Shown: positions 12,301-27,129, counted from the stretch's first letter. The stretch: DNA of 64,000 nt from Camelus dromedarius (GCF_036321535.1 NC_087438.1:45632001-45696000); one strand, 5' to 3'. Made by a program: numbers and translations. Notes: generated from the sequence alone by a model not told the origin.

Positions 12301-14459
12301 TAAGTTGGTAAGTTAGCTAGAAACAAGAAGCATAATTTCATGATGGATGATATCTTATTTTATGAGGGCTTGATTGAGTTTATAGCATTCAATATCAAAC
12401 CAGTGTTTTAGGCTTTTGGTGAAATGAATCTTAAATAGAGGAGGTCAAAGTGAAGTAAAAATTGGCTTTATTTTAATTACTTGGGTACAGTTTCCCTAAA
12501 ATGTCAGGTTAATGAAATGTCATCAGAATACTTTATATTGTGTACTTTAAAAAATTTTATGTATTTTTCCTACTTACTAATTTATGTTAAAGACCCGTGA
12601 TACATTGTTTTTGCTATGATAATTCCACATACTATACATTTTTTAAGTGTTCTGATAAAATATAACTCTGCAATTAAGACAAAACAGGCGAGTAGCAGAT
12701 CTTTCTGTTTAATTTTATATGCAGAACTCTCTCCCAGTGGCTTTCTGCTACCTGAAGCATGGCAGGAATACCTTCTCTGCTCTGGTTCTTGCTTGGGGGT
12801 GTTTGTATTCATCTGTTGATCTATTCTCAGTTGGTAGCCTGTGTTGTGCAGTGCCTGGGGATTCTCCTGTCCTGTCAAAATTTGATGTGTATTGAAGTTC
12901 CCACTGTGAGTTTATTACACTGTATTGTGGGAGACTGTTTGTAATTTGATGATCAGACCTCATGTCCAAGATGGTAAAGATACAAGCATAAGTGAAATAG
13001 AAATCTCTGTGGTATATTATTTGAATCAGAAATTCCACTCTGCTTTCTGTAAATTCCATAACTCTCCTAATTCCAGTATTCTCTAATTTTAAATAAGTAG
13101 ATACTGTGTCTTCTGAGTTTTGGCTGTATTTTTATTTTAACCTCTTACTGACACTTGATCAATAAAAGTTTCTCCAGTCCTGCTCATAAGAGTTGTTGGA
13201 GAAACAAAACTCAGAAAATACAATTTCTCACTAGTAGTGTTTCTCCAGTAATACAGCCCAGAAGCATGAAGGGGAAATAATGAAGGGGCTTAGGGAAGAG
13301 AAACAAGCAAGGATGGTTGGGCAGGTGTGCTCACATGACCTCGTTGCAAACCCTGACTGGAGGTTGGCCCATGGGATTATTGCTACATAAAGTGCCAAAT
13401 TGGTCCAAAGTTTTTGCAGATCTACATACTATATGATTTTAAGATCTGTTTCAACAGCGAGAATTCACGCTCTCCCTCCTTTGGTGGGCACTCAGCAGTT
13501 GCTGACATCTAAGTTGATTTGAGACTCTTCGCATTTTACCCTTTGGAGTTAATCAGTGAATTAAAAGACATTCATGGATGCCTCCCCTGTACTGTTATCT
13601 GTGCAGCATAATTAAATTTGTTGACGTGATCTGTGCTCCGAGTTCCAAGGGATTTGTCTGGTGGGTTGTTTGTTAAATTTTCCAAGGCTACAGGTAGAGG
13701 GTGATGTTTATAACATTTGTCGATTCAGGTTATAAGGATTTGTTTATTCTGACCTCTTCATATTTATGTGATAGAAGTATTAAAATATGTACCCAAGCGG
13801 TAACACATTAGCATAGTCATTGGGTGAGCCTGCACTGTAAAGCCAGAGGGACTGTTGAGTTGTCATTGTCATCTTCCAGACTTTACCCTGAGGAGGAAAA
13901 CTGCCTCCGTGCCCTCTGACTGCATGTGGTGCCACGGCCACCGCGAGGCTTCCAGCCTGCTACTGGGTTTTAAAAAATGAAGGTTTCAGAATGACTTGAG
14001 GTTGTTAGTAAGATCGCCTGTTGTGAATCTGCATTAAATACTGCTGGTTTTATTTTTGTCCTTTTTTAGAAATAATTTCTAATGTTTAAGAATGTTACTT
14101 TATCAGTAAGCAGCTCATTTGAAATATCTCTTGCTATCTCTGTGTCTTAACTACAGAAACGTATTTGAGATTTTGTATCATTATTTATAATTTCAGAGTA
14201 TTTCACATTTCTAACTTAAATCTTACTATGTTTTTTTCAGATAGCAAAAAGTCAATTTTCCATTTTTAAAGGAGAGAGGTTCAGAGAGGTTAGAATAAGA
14301 TGATTTTATTGCTAAATAATATCTATTGAGTACTGAGGAATGAAATTTAATGAATTGGGGTAGAACATATCAAAGTATATGTTAGAGTCATTGTCCCATG
14401 TTTCCCCTTGGGTCTATTTAAATATTGAAAATGCCTTTTTCAAAATACACCATAAAAAG

Positions 14460-14575
14460 TTTGCAGACTTACTGTTTGCCAAGCATTTTATAGACATTTT
14501 CATTGGATCCTTACAGCCACTTTGCAAATATGGCATTATTATAACCATTTTCCAGATTAAGAAGCCAAATGATCG
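14460..14575 (-). mobile_element. MIR fragment
   Basis: cttactgtttgccaagcatttta...attataaccattttccagattaagaa, antisense MIR core. Confidence 0.6.
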
Positions 14576-15019
14576 TGTAAATATTTAAAAAGAAGGGGGC
14601 TCCATAGAAGGAGCATTCCGAGGGTTCCAGAGCACTCCAGCTGGCTGTTGTGTGGGTCTTGTTAAGCAGTCCTTTGTGAGTTTATCAATAATGGAAGAAA
14701 CCAGCTATTTTCTGCTTTTTGGGTGGTCTGTAATTATGTCTCTTTTTACCTGTTAAGTTTCATTGGCCATTAACATTCATACAGCCACACCAATTACCTT
14801 GTCTTACCTACACCTTAACTGCATTTTCTTGTGTCTGCTAAATGTATGAAAGTGCTGAGTTACAGAGACTGATAAGGCCATGAAACTGAGACGAAGTGTG
14901 GGGGGGCTGTATGTGTGTATGTGTGGTTTTTCTCAGCAGAAATATTCCTTGATCAGATACTCAAAAGTTACGTACCATTGACAAAGGATTTTCCTTCCAT
15001 TTCTGTTCCTTTTGAAGAA

Positions 15020-15057
15020 CAGTGTTCCCCTAAGCTTCCAGTGTTCCCCTAAGCTTC
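15020..15057 (+). repeat. Exact 19-bp tandem duplication
   Basis: (cagtgttcccctaagcttc)x2. Confidence 0.95.
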
Positions 15058-16329
15058 ACATTTTCTTATTTCTGACTCATAATTATATCAGTTTGGTTAA
15101 AGTTGAGCATAGACTGGTTATGACCTGCTTCTTAAAAGCCGGAAGCTGAGGGCATCCAGCATGACAACTGTGTTTGGGCACGTGGATAAAAGCTGCTTCA
15201 GATCCCTAAGTACCAGAAATCTCAAATGGACTCGCATGAATCCAAAGTCTTGTACCTGAGTTCCATCAAAGTTAGCAGTAAACGCCATTTTAAAAGTCTG
15301 GCTAAATGACAAAATACCTTTGAATGTCAAACTTTATTTCTTGGGAAAGTTAGTCACTGCCAAGTTTATAACATAAACATTGTGTTTCTGTTACCTGAAT
15401 TCCATGGACAAGAGGGTGGATGAGGGCAAGAGAAAGGCGCGCAGGTGAATTTTATGTCTTGGTGTTTAATTTAAAAGGACACTGTGACATTGCACAGAGA
15501 GAGGCTCTCAAAGGCCACGATGCCAGCAAAACTTCTTGGATGCTTTTTTTTTTTTCCTTTTTTTTTTTTCTTTTTTCAGTTAGAGAAACTTATTTAAAAG
15601 TTTGCTGATTTAAAAAGGTCTCTGCCTGACCCAGCCTCTTTAGACTTCCCCCTGGAGTCTCTGAGAAGATAGAAAAGCCCTTACATTCTAAACAGATATT
15701 AAAACTAGAACCAGCAGGGGGAATGTCTACTGTGAACCTGACGGAACTAGGTTTAAAACCATAAGCAGAGTAAGTTCTGACCACCTAAAAATAGGTAGGC
15801 AGAGCCGCGTCCTCCCCAGCTCTGCTTATAATTCAGGAAGATCATAGGCAGCTGTCCCCAGAATGTTCTTCCCTTCCTCTTTCTAACACCCCCCCCCCCC
15901 CCGCTTATGCCTTTTATTCAGTGAAAGGTCCTAACTCAGAAAGTAACCAGGCAGAACAAGGATGGTTGGATAGGGGCCGTGTTACTGTTACATCCTGAGA
16001 AACTTACTGCACAAAAGTGAAGTGTTGGGAAGGGGGGCTGTGTAGAGTTTAGAAAGACCTGTGTTTACTGAGAATTTAAGTATTGTTTGTGTCCTTCATC
16101 ATTCCAAGCCTCAGAAAGCCAAGCAGTAAAGGTAGAAGGAGGTTTTCTTTCAACAAAACTACACTGAAATGAAACCACGTTGGGAAATGGCCTGGAAACT
16201 ATTCATCTTGACCTGCCAACCACCTCTAGATCTGAAGCCAGTACCCAGATCGACCAGGAGTAGCTCAGAGCAAACGCCAGGTCTGGGTAGATCTCTCCTT
16301 GTTAAGTGATCAGTAAACAGGAAAAATAT

Positions 16330-16720
16330 AGCTGAGCCTACTAAAAAGCGTTGCTGGATAAAGGAAAGGAGAGATCACATTGAAGATTTTAAGGAAGTGC
16401 AGACCTCCAACAATGGCCCAAATGAAAGAGGGGCAGAAGGCAGTTGGATGATTATGAGCTGAAAAGACAATAAGATGGGATAAAGTGGAATTGAAACCAT
16501 AAAAAAAGAAAAAGATTGTAAAGAAATTAAGAATGTAATATAGCACATTAAAATCCATATGAGAGGCAATAAAAAGCAGAATTAACACAGCTGAAAATAA
16601 AATTAATGTTATGGAGGGGAAGCTCAAATAAAGCTCTTCCAGAGTCCCAAGAAAGGAGAGATAGAAATGAAGGAGAAGATTATAGATATATAGCAAGAAG
16701 ATAAAACATGGAGATTTTAA
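16330..16720 (+). mobile_element. Old L1/HAL1 ORF1-region fragment
   Basis: A-rich; aaaaagcagaattaacacagctgaaaataaaattaatg resembles decayed L1 ORF1 coiled-coil sequence. Confidence 0.5.
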
Positions 16721-17434
16721 GTGTTGATAAATGGGAAATAAACCATATATCAGATGAAAAAGAGCAAACTGAATAAAAATAAGTTTGTATGCATTTTGTG
16801 CAGATTTGAAAGTGTCCTCCGCATTGTTTCTATGAAATCAGTGAAAGGCCACCTCCAGATGTGTTGGGCTGATTTTTGTTTTTTAATTGTAAGATTACTG
16901 TTAAATGTCTTGCCAAAATATATTATTAACTACCAATGAACAAAATTCAAGTTTCCTTCTCTTTTGTAGCATTAAGTGCCAGAAAGTAGTAGATAGTTTG
17001 GAGAAAAAAAGGTGGAGACTGGGGAACTTAATGTGCTTCTTCCTTATACATCATGTGGGAAGAGCTGTCACACTCTCTGGTAAGAGCCCAGGAAGATCTA
17101 TGAAACTGCTCATGTCATCATGGGCGAACATCAGAGCTGCCTTTTCACTGTTAAGCTTTAAAATCAGAAAGGTATAGATTGAAAACTAATCTGTTTTCAT
17201 TGACTTAAAGAATAATTACCAGAAGAATAAAACTGTAAGGTATGTATTTTCCACATACTGGGAAATACAAAATCTATTCCAAAAAATAGGCAACAGAGGG
17301 TAAAAATATTACTGACAGAAAAATGCTGTATATGAAAATTTAAAGAAATACATATATCAAAACATATATATGTACATACATAAACAGAAAGATGAATTTG
17401 TACCTGTCTGTGTTTGTATGGTCAACAGATATTC

Positions 17435-17635
17435 CTTTTGCCAGGTGCTTTGCTAGCATTTTGCTACATGAACTTGTTACTTTTCATTAGAACTCTGTCA
17501 CTGGCATTATTATTCCTGTTGTGAAGATAAAGAAACTAAAGCTTAGTTAAATGATGGCCTCTCATCACACAGCTTGTGTAGGAGCTGGGGTTTGACCCCA
17601 ACCCATGTGACTTTTGACCCAGTGTTCTTAAGCAT
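17435..17635 (-). mobile_element. MIR SINE
   Basis: ccaggtgctttgctagc...gaagataaagaaactaaag...ggagctggggtttgacccca. Confidence 0.7.
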
Positions 17636-20600
17636 CTGTGTGATAGAGTGAAAGGGCCCTTGGGTGGTCATGCTCATGCTGTGTGACACTCCTGTATTTC
17701 TGGCCACAGTCATCAGCTGAGAGGGCAAGCGGTCCCCTGGTTTACCAGTGACCTGTGACCTGGCCTGATACGAAAAAAGTGAGTTAAACATACCAGATTT
17801 TTTCATTCTCAGGCAATAGACCCAAGGAAATCTAAAGAGAATAAAACAGGTTTGTGAGTTACTCTTGCTTCCAGCAAAAGGACCTCATCAGAACAGGCTG
17901 GGAAGAGGTGATTAGTTTTAAGGGATAGTTCCTTCTCTTGGCAGGCTGGAAGCCTTGGGGCTTATTAAATGGTTAAAATATTAACCATCGAGTTGGCCCT
18001 TAACTGGCAAGTGCTTCTCAAAATGTTATGTGTATATAAAAAGTTCTAAATTTATTAAATGGCATGGCATTAATATATAAGCATAACGTATTATATATAA
18101 ACACATTTATATGTAAACACCTATCTGATAGTACAGTATGTAAGGTGATATAGAAAAGTCACTGATGGGTGAATTATGCAAATATAACTGAATTTGCTCT
18201 TTAAGCTGGGCTGTGAAGGATTGAGAGCTTGCTCTAACTCGCTACTTTCCTAGCCATCACTGTTTGTAGTTACATGTACAGTTATATTGTAACTGTCATT
18301 TGTGGTCTAATCTTCCCCTGAAGGGAAACTTGAGAAACCTGGTCAGCTTTAACATTTAGAGGAAGTTTAAACACATTGGAGCATAAAATTTACAGTTGTT
18401 TAGGTTAAAACTCCATTTCTTGTCAGACCACATCTATCCAGCTCTTCTGTGATTAGAATCATCTAACTTTGGCCTGAGTTAAGGAGAAGTTTTCCAAGAT
18501 GCACGAAATGTTTACTGTTGTTTTCTTTGCTGGCTTCCTGAGTCTGTGCAGCGGATTGAGACCTCTGCTTATCTGCTGGCAGTGCGGTCACAGAAGCAAG
18601 TTGTCGCCAGTTAACTATTTTCATTCCCTTAGCTGCTTTTGGTGAATTCCAGCCTAGTTAATACATCTCTTTAATATTTTGAGTAATTTATATTCTTCAA
18701 TTATAAGAATGAAAAAAAATTTTTTGAGGGCAAGGCGGTTTTGTTATTGTCTAGCTGTGAGGCTAGTTGCTTTTTATATACTCTAGAAACATGGGTCAGT
18801 TTCACAAAGATGCTTTTTCCAAAATGCAAAGCCGATGTCCCTCGCACCTCTCAGGCAGACCCCGCTCAATCCATTTTCTAGAACACATTGCAAATACAGC
18901 CAGGGCTTTCACTCAAGAGTCCTTGATTCAGTGGGCCATCTTTTTCGCCAGTGCCAAGTGCTACTTAGTTAACTCGGAAAAGTTCTAAACTTTATATCCT
19001 AGCAAATGTAGTTATTAGTCTTTAGATTATGTTGTCTGACATTTAATGTATAATTTCCTAAGAAAAGGAAATGGAGAGGGTGGAGATTAATAGAGTAATT
19101 AAACTTTCTTAAAATGAAAATCTTTTGTTTATAGGAGTTGAAGAGACCGTTACTGATTGGTGTTAGCCTTTTCCCAGAAATCCAGCTCACGGAGTTGATA
19201 TTGAATGTTTTAGGCAAATGTAGCATAGGCTCGGATGAATTTTGTTACCTTATTCTGGACCTTTCATTTACGGGCGTGTAGCCGAATGATTTCATGAATT
19301 TTTGATTTGCTAAAAAGGTGGTATTTGCAATTTTTAAAAATTATTCTTTTTAGTTCATTGCATTTGAATGCTGCCTTTTTCTTACATACTTGTCAGATGA
19401 AATGTTTTACCTCTGAGACGGAAAATTTGCAGTTTCTTCCACATGATCATCGATATGTTTACTGCCACGTATGCGTGTTTGCTCTGTGCTCCACCTGCAT
19501 TATCTTGCTTAGTGCTATTTACACGGTGAGACTTAGGGGGTTAAAAAAAACCTCCTCAGAGGCAAACACTAGTAGATGGTGGGCAGCTGAGACTTGCACG
19601 CAGACTCTCTGAGTGGATGATGTGTGTCTTCCAGCACCACACTGTGCCATCCTCACAGTGCAATGGGGGAGGAAAGAACTTCTAGGGGGATTAACTTTTC
19701 CAGAGGTCATGTCATAGTAAAGCAACCACAGGTTGTGAAAGCAAAATATTAAATAAGTATTAGGAAGCTGTGGCCTATAAACTGTACACTTTTAGATATA
19801 GTCTCACATCTCTGCAATCTTTGCCCCATAATCCAGTTACACTCAAACTAATTTAAAAATCTTACAGATATTAAAAATGCTTAATTGACCAGTATTTTTT
19901 TTCTGTCAAGATCATGCCCGTGAACCATGTATCAAACAGAGACTTACATAAGACAGTTTGTATGAAATCATGAACTTCTTTAACAGTTATCTTGCAATAA
20001 AGAGGGAAGAATATGAAATAGCCTAGGTTAAAGCAGTGACCTCATTCCAGTCACGCAAAAGTATTGTGCTGTCAGAGCCGTATCAGTGTTTGAAGGACTC
20101 CTCGATAGCAGTTTCAGTCTGGAAGAATGTGTTTTAATGGATTAGTTAAATAAAAGTTGAATTTTTACTCAGAGGAGAGAGCAGCTGTCCCTGATACCAG
20201 TTAAAGTTAGAACATGAATTAGGGGCTTAAACTTTCCCACGTGGCCTCTGGTTGAGTCTTGCCCAGTGAACACAGCAGTCAGACTTCAGTTCCTATCAGT
20301 CATGATGTTGGAAGCCAAAGGAAGAGCCCAGGGTGCTAGGTGGTTTCGTTACGTCATCGAGATGGATTTAATGATTTTATCTGAAGCATTACCTCCAGTG
20401 AGCCACAGCTGGGGGCTCAGAAAGAGAGGTCTTCCAGGGACAGATAGGCCCTCAGATGTTTTCCCAGTATCAGCCTCTGCAGTATGGCTTAACCTTAAGA
20501 CATAAAATCCACCCCTCCTAGGAGTTACCGTATCCTCTGTAGGTGTGGTTGGGGAAAATTCCCTCCTGTGAAAAGGGAGGTAAACTGGTTGACCAGATAG

Positions 20601-20844
20601 TCCAAAGCTGAGCCTTAGCCAGGGATTTCTCAAACTACAGGTCCTCTTTCTTGAGTTTGTCTCTTTTCAGTCTTAACCTTCAGTTTCTGGGTAAGTTGGA
20701 GTATATCAATAGGGAAAGGCCCTGGTTTGGGTTTAGTCAAGTTTTGCCAGAGAAAACTGGATCTAAGCGGGAATAAAATTTGCTGACCTCTCTCTCAGAG
20801 GTTAACATTTTCATTTATGTTTTTCATGACTCATTTTAAATTAC

Positions 20845-20980
20845 NNNNNNNNNNNNNNNNNNNNNNNNNNNNNNNNNNNNNNNNNNNNNNNNNNNNNNNN
20901 NNNNNNNNNNNNNNNNNNNNNNNNNNNNNNNNNNNNNNNNNNNNNNNNNNNNNNNNNNNNNNNNNNNNNNNNNNNNNNNN
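20845..20980. other. Assembly gap
   Basis: 136 consecutive N. Confidence 1.
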
Positions 20981-23639
20981 GGGACTTTTCCTGCCAGAAT
21001 TCCCACTGGTCCTCTGTCGCAATTTTTACAAAAGGCCATGATGAAAGAGGAAGGCCCACTTTGAGCCCTTATGTGAAACGTAACTTGTATTTCTGTTTGT
21101 GGTATCAGAAGAGTTATTTTTCAACTTCTCTGATAGGCTTGTAAACCTACCAGCGCCTCTTGAGTATAATTTTGATTAAGAGAAGATTTGTTCCGCTCCT
21201 ATGACTAGACACATAAAACTCTGAAAGGTTTTGATGTTCTGCTTCCTGTTTAAAAAAAAAAGTGTCCTCTCTTAGGAACTCCAAGCAGATGAGAGGACTT
21301 TCCTCAGAGAAAACTGAGCTCTGGGAAGGACCGTCCATGGAGGTCGTAACCTAGAACATTTTTGAAGGGAAGTTTCAGTGAAATAAAAGAGGGCGGGGTT
21401 AGGAAGCTGTAAGTTCCGTTCTCCCATCGCTGGAGCTGGAATGAAATAAATCATTTCACTCTGGAGCCTGGGCAGTTCTGTAATTTGTAGCCATCTGTCT
21501 TCAGAGGTCACTGATGTCAGTTCATAGCGCATAAGAGTGGTACCCCAGGGCCCCACCAGGAATTTGTACTAATAGTGGTACCTTTCTTTCTTCCCCAAAA
21601 TGTTCACTGAAGAAAATTCTGTTAACCATTGATCCTTGGCGATCTTTGATTTATACAGAAAAACCTTTAAAAATAGAAACAATTTGACTTGATTTTTTTT
21701 TCTTCCAGTGAGGTAGAAGACACAAGAATTAGCTCAAAGCACAATTAAAAGGAGTGTATTTGCATGGGTGCAGGACTGAGGGATGGAAGATTCTGTTCTG
21801 CGTTTGGATGGAACTCTAAACCAACTGCGATAATAAACACACATATCACATTGTTGCAGCCTTTCTTTTGCTATAGAGGCAGTTTGATTTGCTCACCAAA
21901 AAGAAGCTACATCAAGACTAGCTCCCAGCCCAGGGCTTTAGCGTGAAGCAAGGGCTTAGTTACCTTTGTGTCTCAGAGGGAGAAGCAAGTTAGTTTTGGG
22001 ATCCAGATTCTGAAGAGGCTGCCACTGAACAGCCACATGGGCCAGTGTGACTATTTAATTGAAACTTCATAAAATGGTTCCTTAAGCTTCATGGACAATT
22101 GAGTAACTTCAGTTTCCTCTCTTGACTCGTTTACTTCCTGCCCTTCTAGCATCAGGCATGAGGTATTCTGGTCTCTTACAATGAGAAGATTAAACAGCTG
22201 TAGTTTGAATTAAAGCATTTATTTGGAGTGTTCTGTGGCTGCATTAATTATATCTGTGCTAAGATTCCATTCTTGTGGATTTGACAGATGCATATAAGCA
22301 ACAGTATGGCTTCTCCAGGGCAACCCAAATTTTGTCGACCACTGAGCTTTTGTGATCTTTTATAAAAACTTTTAAAAATTGGAATAATTCCACTTGATTT
22401 TTTTTCCTTTCTAGTTATGTAGAAGATAAAAGAATGGGCAAGTAGCAGTTGTGAGACATGTTGGGTGCAGGACAGAGGTGGAAAATTCTGTTCTTCATTC
22501 AGTGGGACTTAGCAAGAGGCATATGTTGAAAGTTTCTCACCTAAACGAGTTATAATTAAAGACGTTAGGATTTATTTATTTTAATTAGAACATTAAGCTT
22601 ACTCAGTGGTCCTTGTGAAAACTTTTCTTCTAACTGCGTATGTTATATCAAGTAATAAGCTAAATTTCTGTGGTGCAGTGAAGGGATTTTTTTTTGCTGT
22701 AACCATAATTGTAACTCACACTGAGTTTATTAATGCTGCTGTTCCCTGAGTAGTGACTGGTCAGATTCATTGTTAATTTTAAATTTTCTGCCTTTGTTTT
22801 CTAATAATAGTTGTAAGACAGTGTATGTTACAGAAAAATGCACTTGTTCAGAACTTCTCAGATCTAACAGGGCAATCAGTGGGGCTAGAGGTAAGAAATA
22901 GTAGCTTTAACTGAACATCATCTAAAATTCTGTAATATTCCATTGGCATAACACATCCCATGTGTTTTACAGGCAATTCCTAAGAATTCCAAAGTAGTGT
23001 GCAGTTTTATCAACCTCCCTGCATCCTTGTGGCACAAGGAATTATTTCTGTTATTGAGGGGACAAAACAGGGGTGAACTGACTCACAGTTAATTGCCGGA
23101 TTAAATCAGGCATCCAAGTCACTCTGCTTCGGGTAGATTCTCAGAGACTCAGCTGCTGTCTTCAAAAGGAAGAAATACATTTCAGCATCCGAAAAGAACA
23201 TAGCGTGCAATATGTGATGGGTCTGGTTAACTATCTCTTGTTTTCTAGTCAAAACAGCCTCCAGGTTGGAGGAAAATTTTGAACTACTTTAGTACATCAA
23301 CAAATCCTCATTTATTTCATAATTATTTATTGCATTGTAAATGAATATTTAACAGGGGTTGTACCTCTTGCAAAGTTTAGGAACTCTGATAAATATTTTT
23401 CGTTCTTTCTTTCGTTCTTTCTTTTTTTATTTTAAGATAGTTGAGTTTTGCAAATGCTAAGTTTCGGTCTTTGTGGACTTGTGGAAGATGCATAGGAGAA
23501 TGAGTTTTTTTTACTGCTGTTACAGGAGCACCAAAGCAACCATCACACTTCTGTTCAACGTCCTCTTCATTGTTATTGCTTATGGGGAGGACTTGTGCAC
23601 AGGCTGGGCATCTGGGGGCTTTGAACAATGCCCTTGGCC

Positions 23640-23760
23640 AACCGTTAGTCCTAATTGCTGTGACTAATTTGCTGTGTGACCTAAAGACAGGAACATACTT
23701 AACTTCAGTTTTCCCATCTGTAAAATAGAATTAATGACATTCTACCAAGCCAAGGATTTC
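23640..23760 (+). mobile_element. MIR fragment
   Basis: gctgtgtgacct...acttcagttttcccatctgtaaaatag. Confidence 0.7.
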
Positions 23761-24225
23761 AGTGAGGCATCATGATCATAACTAAGCCCCTAAAAAACTA
23801 ATTGGAATATTAAAAAGCAAATGTTGGGGGAAAACCAAATACTCGTGGATGCCAATCAAAAACGTGGAAAACATATTTGGCACCCACACATACAAAATAG
23901 TTTCTTAGACTTAAGTGATATGTTTAGACCTGAAGAAAATGAAAGGAATTGAAATGTTTAGCGACAGGAAATAAAGACCTGGGGGCCGATTTCAACAGTT
24001 GAAAATTATTTGAAGAAGTGTTTCGTCTCCATAGTAATGAACCCTTTCTCAGCCTCTCTGAGGCCATCCAAAGAAGCAGTGAGGTTAAATTACAGCAGAA
24101 TTACATAAGTTAGACAGCAGCAGTAGTGATACATACTCTTTATAAGTCACAAATTTAAATATTCACTTCAGTTTCAACAAATGAGGCAGTGGATTTACCA
24201 GACAGCTATGTATATATGTTGCCTC

Positions 24226-24250
24226 AAAAAAAAAAAAAAAAAAAAAAAAA
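24226..24250 (+). repeat. A25 homopolymer
   Basis: Direct reading. Confidence 0.95.
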
Positions 24251-27129
24251 GAAAGGAAAAACCCACCACTGGAATATTGCTTTGTTTCTTGAGACAGTGT
24301 TGTTATTTGCATTAGTAAGTTTCGTCCCCTGGAAGTTGTTTTCTGGTTAGTTCCTGTATTATTTTTACATTTGCATGTGTTTGTTAACTGTACCATTTGG
24401 TTGAGAGCCACTCCAGAGTCTTTAAGATGACATAGGAATATATTATGTACTTTCTCTATGCTGTACTTGGAGGTAATAACACTGTCAAAACCATGCTGGG
24501 CCGAAAAAAAAAAGCCTCATTGTGCTTTTAGTGTGTTTCTTTTTGAGATTTTTCAGGTTGTCTTTTTCTCTTACAAAGTCAAAATTACAGTAACTTAGTA
24601 AATTACTGCTATTTTACTTTTATGATTACTAATCATTTATCAAATAGCTCATTAGTAAAAAAAAAAAATAATTCTGAGCTTTGAAGGGAGGGAGGAAAAA
24701 ACAATCTAAACTCAATCTTTTTGCCTAAATAGTCTTAGCGATAAAGATTGCCACCTATTGGTTAAAGAAAAGAACTAAAACTAAAAAAAATGTTTGCCAA
24801 TTCTACTGGTGGTGAGTGTGATCAAAACAGAATTACTTTGTTGATGCTGTTGGTTGAGGTGTCTGAGAACGAATGATTTGATGAGAATCTTTCTTCTGTG
24901 CTTTGACCTTGCAGTCGCCAGTCTCTCCTTAACTTCTAGCAGATCCTTAAGGAGAGGAGGTGCGCGCTCTCGTGGTCCCTTTTACAAGCGCATTTTTAAG
25001 ACTGTCAAAATTCTCACTTCATGGAGTATTAAGTGAGTAAGTGCATTTTTAATTGGGCTGATGTTGGAAGCTTAATTTTGAAAACATTTTTCTAACTCTA
25101 TTGTTAGTTTGGGCTTCGCTTCAGTCTAGGCTTTGAAATCCAGCATTTCCTGTCCAACTGAAATGGGATGGGCTTGGTGACATTGGCCTTTCGTGCCTCT
25201 TGGTGCCAGGATCTGTTTTTCCAGGTCACGAGCTCTATACAGAGCACAGCCCCGAGTGATGTCCTCTCCCCAGAGTCAGTGAGCATCCTTAAGATGCATT
25301 TGATAATCAAAAAAAAAGTTTTTGTTTTTGTTTTTTGTTTTTTGGAGGTTTTTTTGCTGAAACTTCTCAAGTGGTTACAGACTGGGAAAATGCTCTTGTT
25401 AGTAATTCTTTTCCCAGTATTTGGATGGATACAGAAGTTCAGTCATTGGAAATACTTGTACTTAATTGTAAAACTCCAGTGTAGTGTTTTTTTAATTGTT
25501 AATAGTATACTATCTTAAGTCCATCTTCCCTCCACGTTCTCAATATCTAATCACCCTTGAAATATTAAGATATTATATCTGTGACTGTGTGTATGTATGT
25601 GTATAAAGGTATAAATCCTAACAAATTTAAGAATAAGACCATCACTGCTCCTATGTTGTGTCTCTATATTGTTGCTCACAGTTGCTCACATGTCTATTCA
25701 TACTTGAAACTGTAAGCTTTTTTAATCTTAGGTACTTCCCAAATAATCACTTGAGGCCCTTTGTCAGCATTACCTATTTGGTTAATTAATTTGGCAAAGT
25801 TTATTTACCAGCACACCCGCACCCCGGGAACTAAGTAACTGACAGCTAGAGATGAGGTGGTACAAGGGAAGTTGGAAGAACCATGTGTTATTTGCTTTAA
25901 TTTTTACATAGTACATCTATATGTGTGTTAAAAAATATATCAGCTGTTATAAAGCAACATATTGATGCATTTAAATGAGTAGGCACAATAAGAGCAAAAA
26001 CCAAACAGAAGAGTAGTTGGAGTGAGGCCATAATAAATCAGGGCATGTTTTCCAAAGGAAGTAAAGCATGTTTATATTTTCCAGCAGATTCCTATGGATG
26101 TCAGCTGTAGGCTTCTACCTGGTGTGGCTGTATAATTTGGAAAACTGAGCTAGAGGAGAAGAGTTGGCTTTGTGAATGAACACTGGCAAGGAGCGTTTTT
26201 ATGTAGGATAGTTGAAGTGCATTGTCACAATCAGTCTGTGTAATTTCCTTCTGTGAAGGCCTGCCCATTTACCAGTAATGATACCTTCTTTCTCTACTAT
26301 TTTTGTCCCTTCCTTTAGGAAAGGGAATATATGCTTACTCATTATTAAAAATTCCGAGTCATTTTCCTGCTCCACTTGGTGGTGTTCCTACCATTAAAGG
26401 AGAGTGGAATTAGGCGCACGTGGGAACCTCACCCTGCCTAAGACCTGTGCTTCCTCCAGCTGTCCGACTTTATCCCTGTTTCAGTTCTGCCCTTTCAACC
26501 ACCAGGTCTGTATAGCGGTATCTCTCCTTGGTCTTTTTGTAGTTACTTCTATAAAAGCAGAGGTACTGGGCTTTTTTCAGTGCTGCCCAAATGATCAGAC
26601 CAAGCACTAAGAGGGCCTCTAACAAAATCCAGTACTTAAACACGCATGAGTGAACTATTTAAATTCATGTTCATTTGTAAAGAATATTGTATTAGGCAGT
26701 TTAACTTCGTAACTAAACCGTTTCTTTCTCCAGAGGACATGTTAGTCCCACAGGCCATTCTAGGAATTTTGCTATCCCTGTAGCTCCTGTTACTGTGCCA
26801 CCACGATAATGATTTAACCTCCCATAAAGCTGCATTTTAATAGGTGTTTATAGGCATCACTTACCAAGCATTTCAAGTAGTCTTTGAATGGAAACTGCTG
26901 GGGAAAAGAGTTAACACAGATACTTTCTCCATCAAGCCACCCTTTGAACATTCTACATAGATGGCAGTTGGTAGACAATTTGGTGGGTAAGTGAATATAG
27001 TCATTTACATTCAGGTGGTATTTATCAGTTTATAATATTTATTATTCAAATAAGTAAGTGAATACCTAGCTAGTGGCCTTCAGTTGTTCCCCTAGAGAAC
27101 CACAGGTGATTCCCTGGGCGCCCCTGTCG

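Noticed and set aside
20817-21059. ORFs containing X runs
   Set aside because: Artefacts of the N gap
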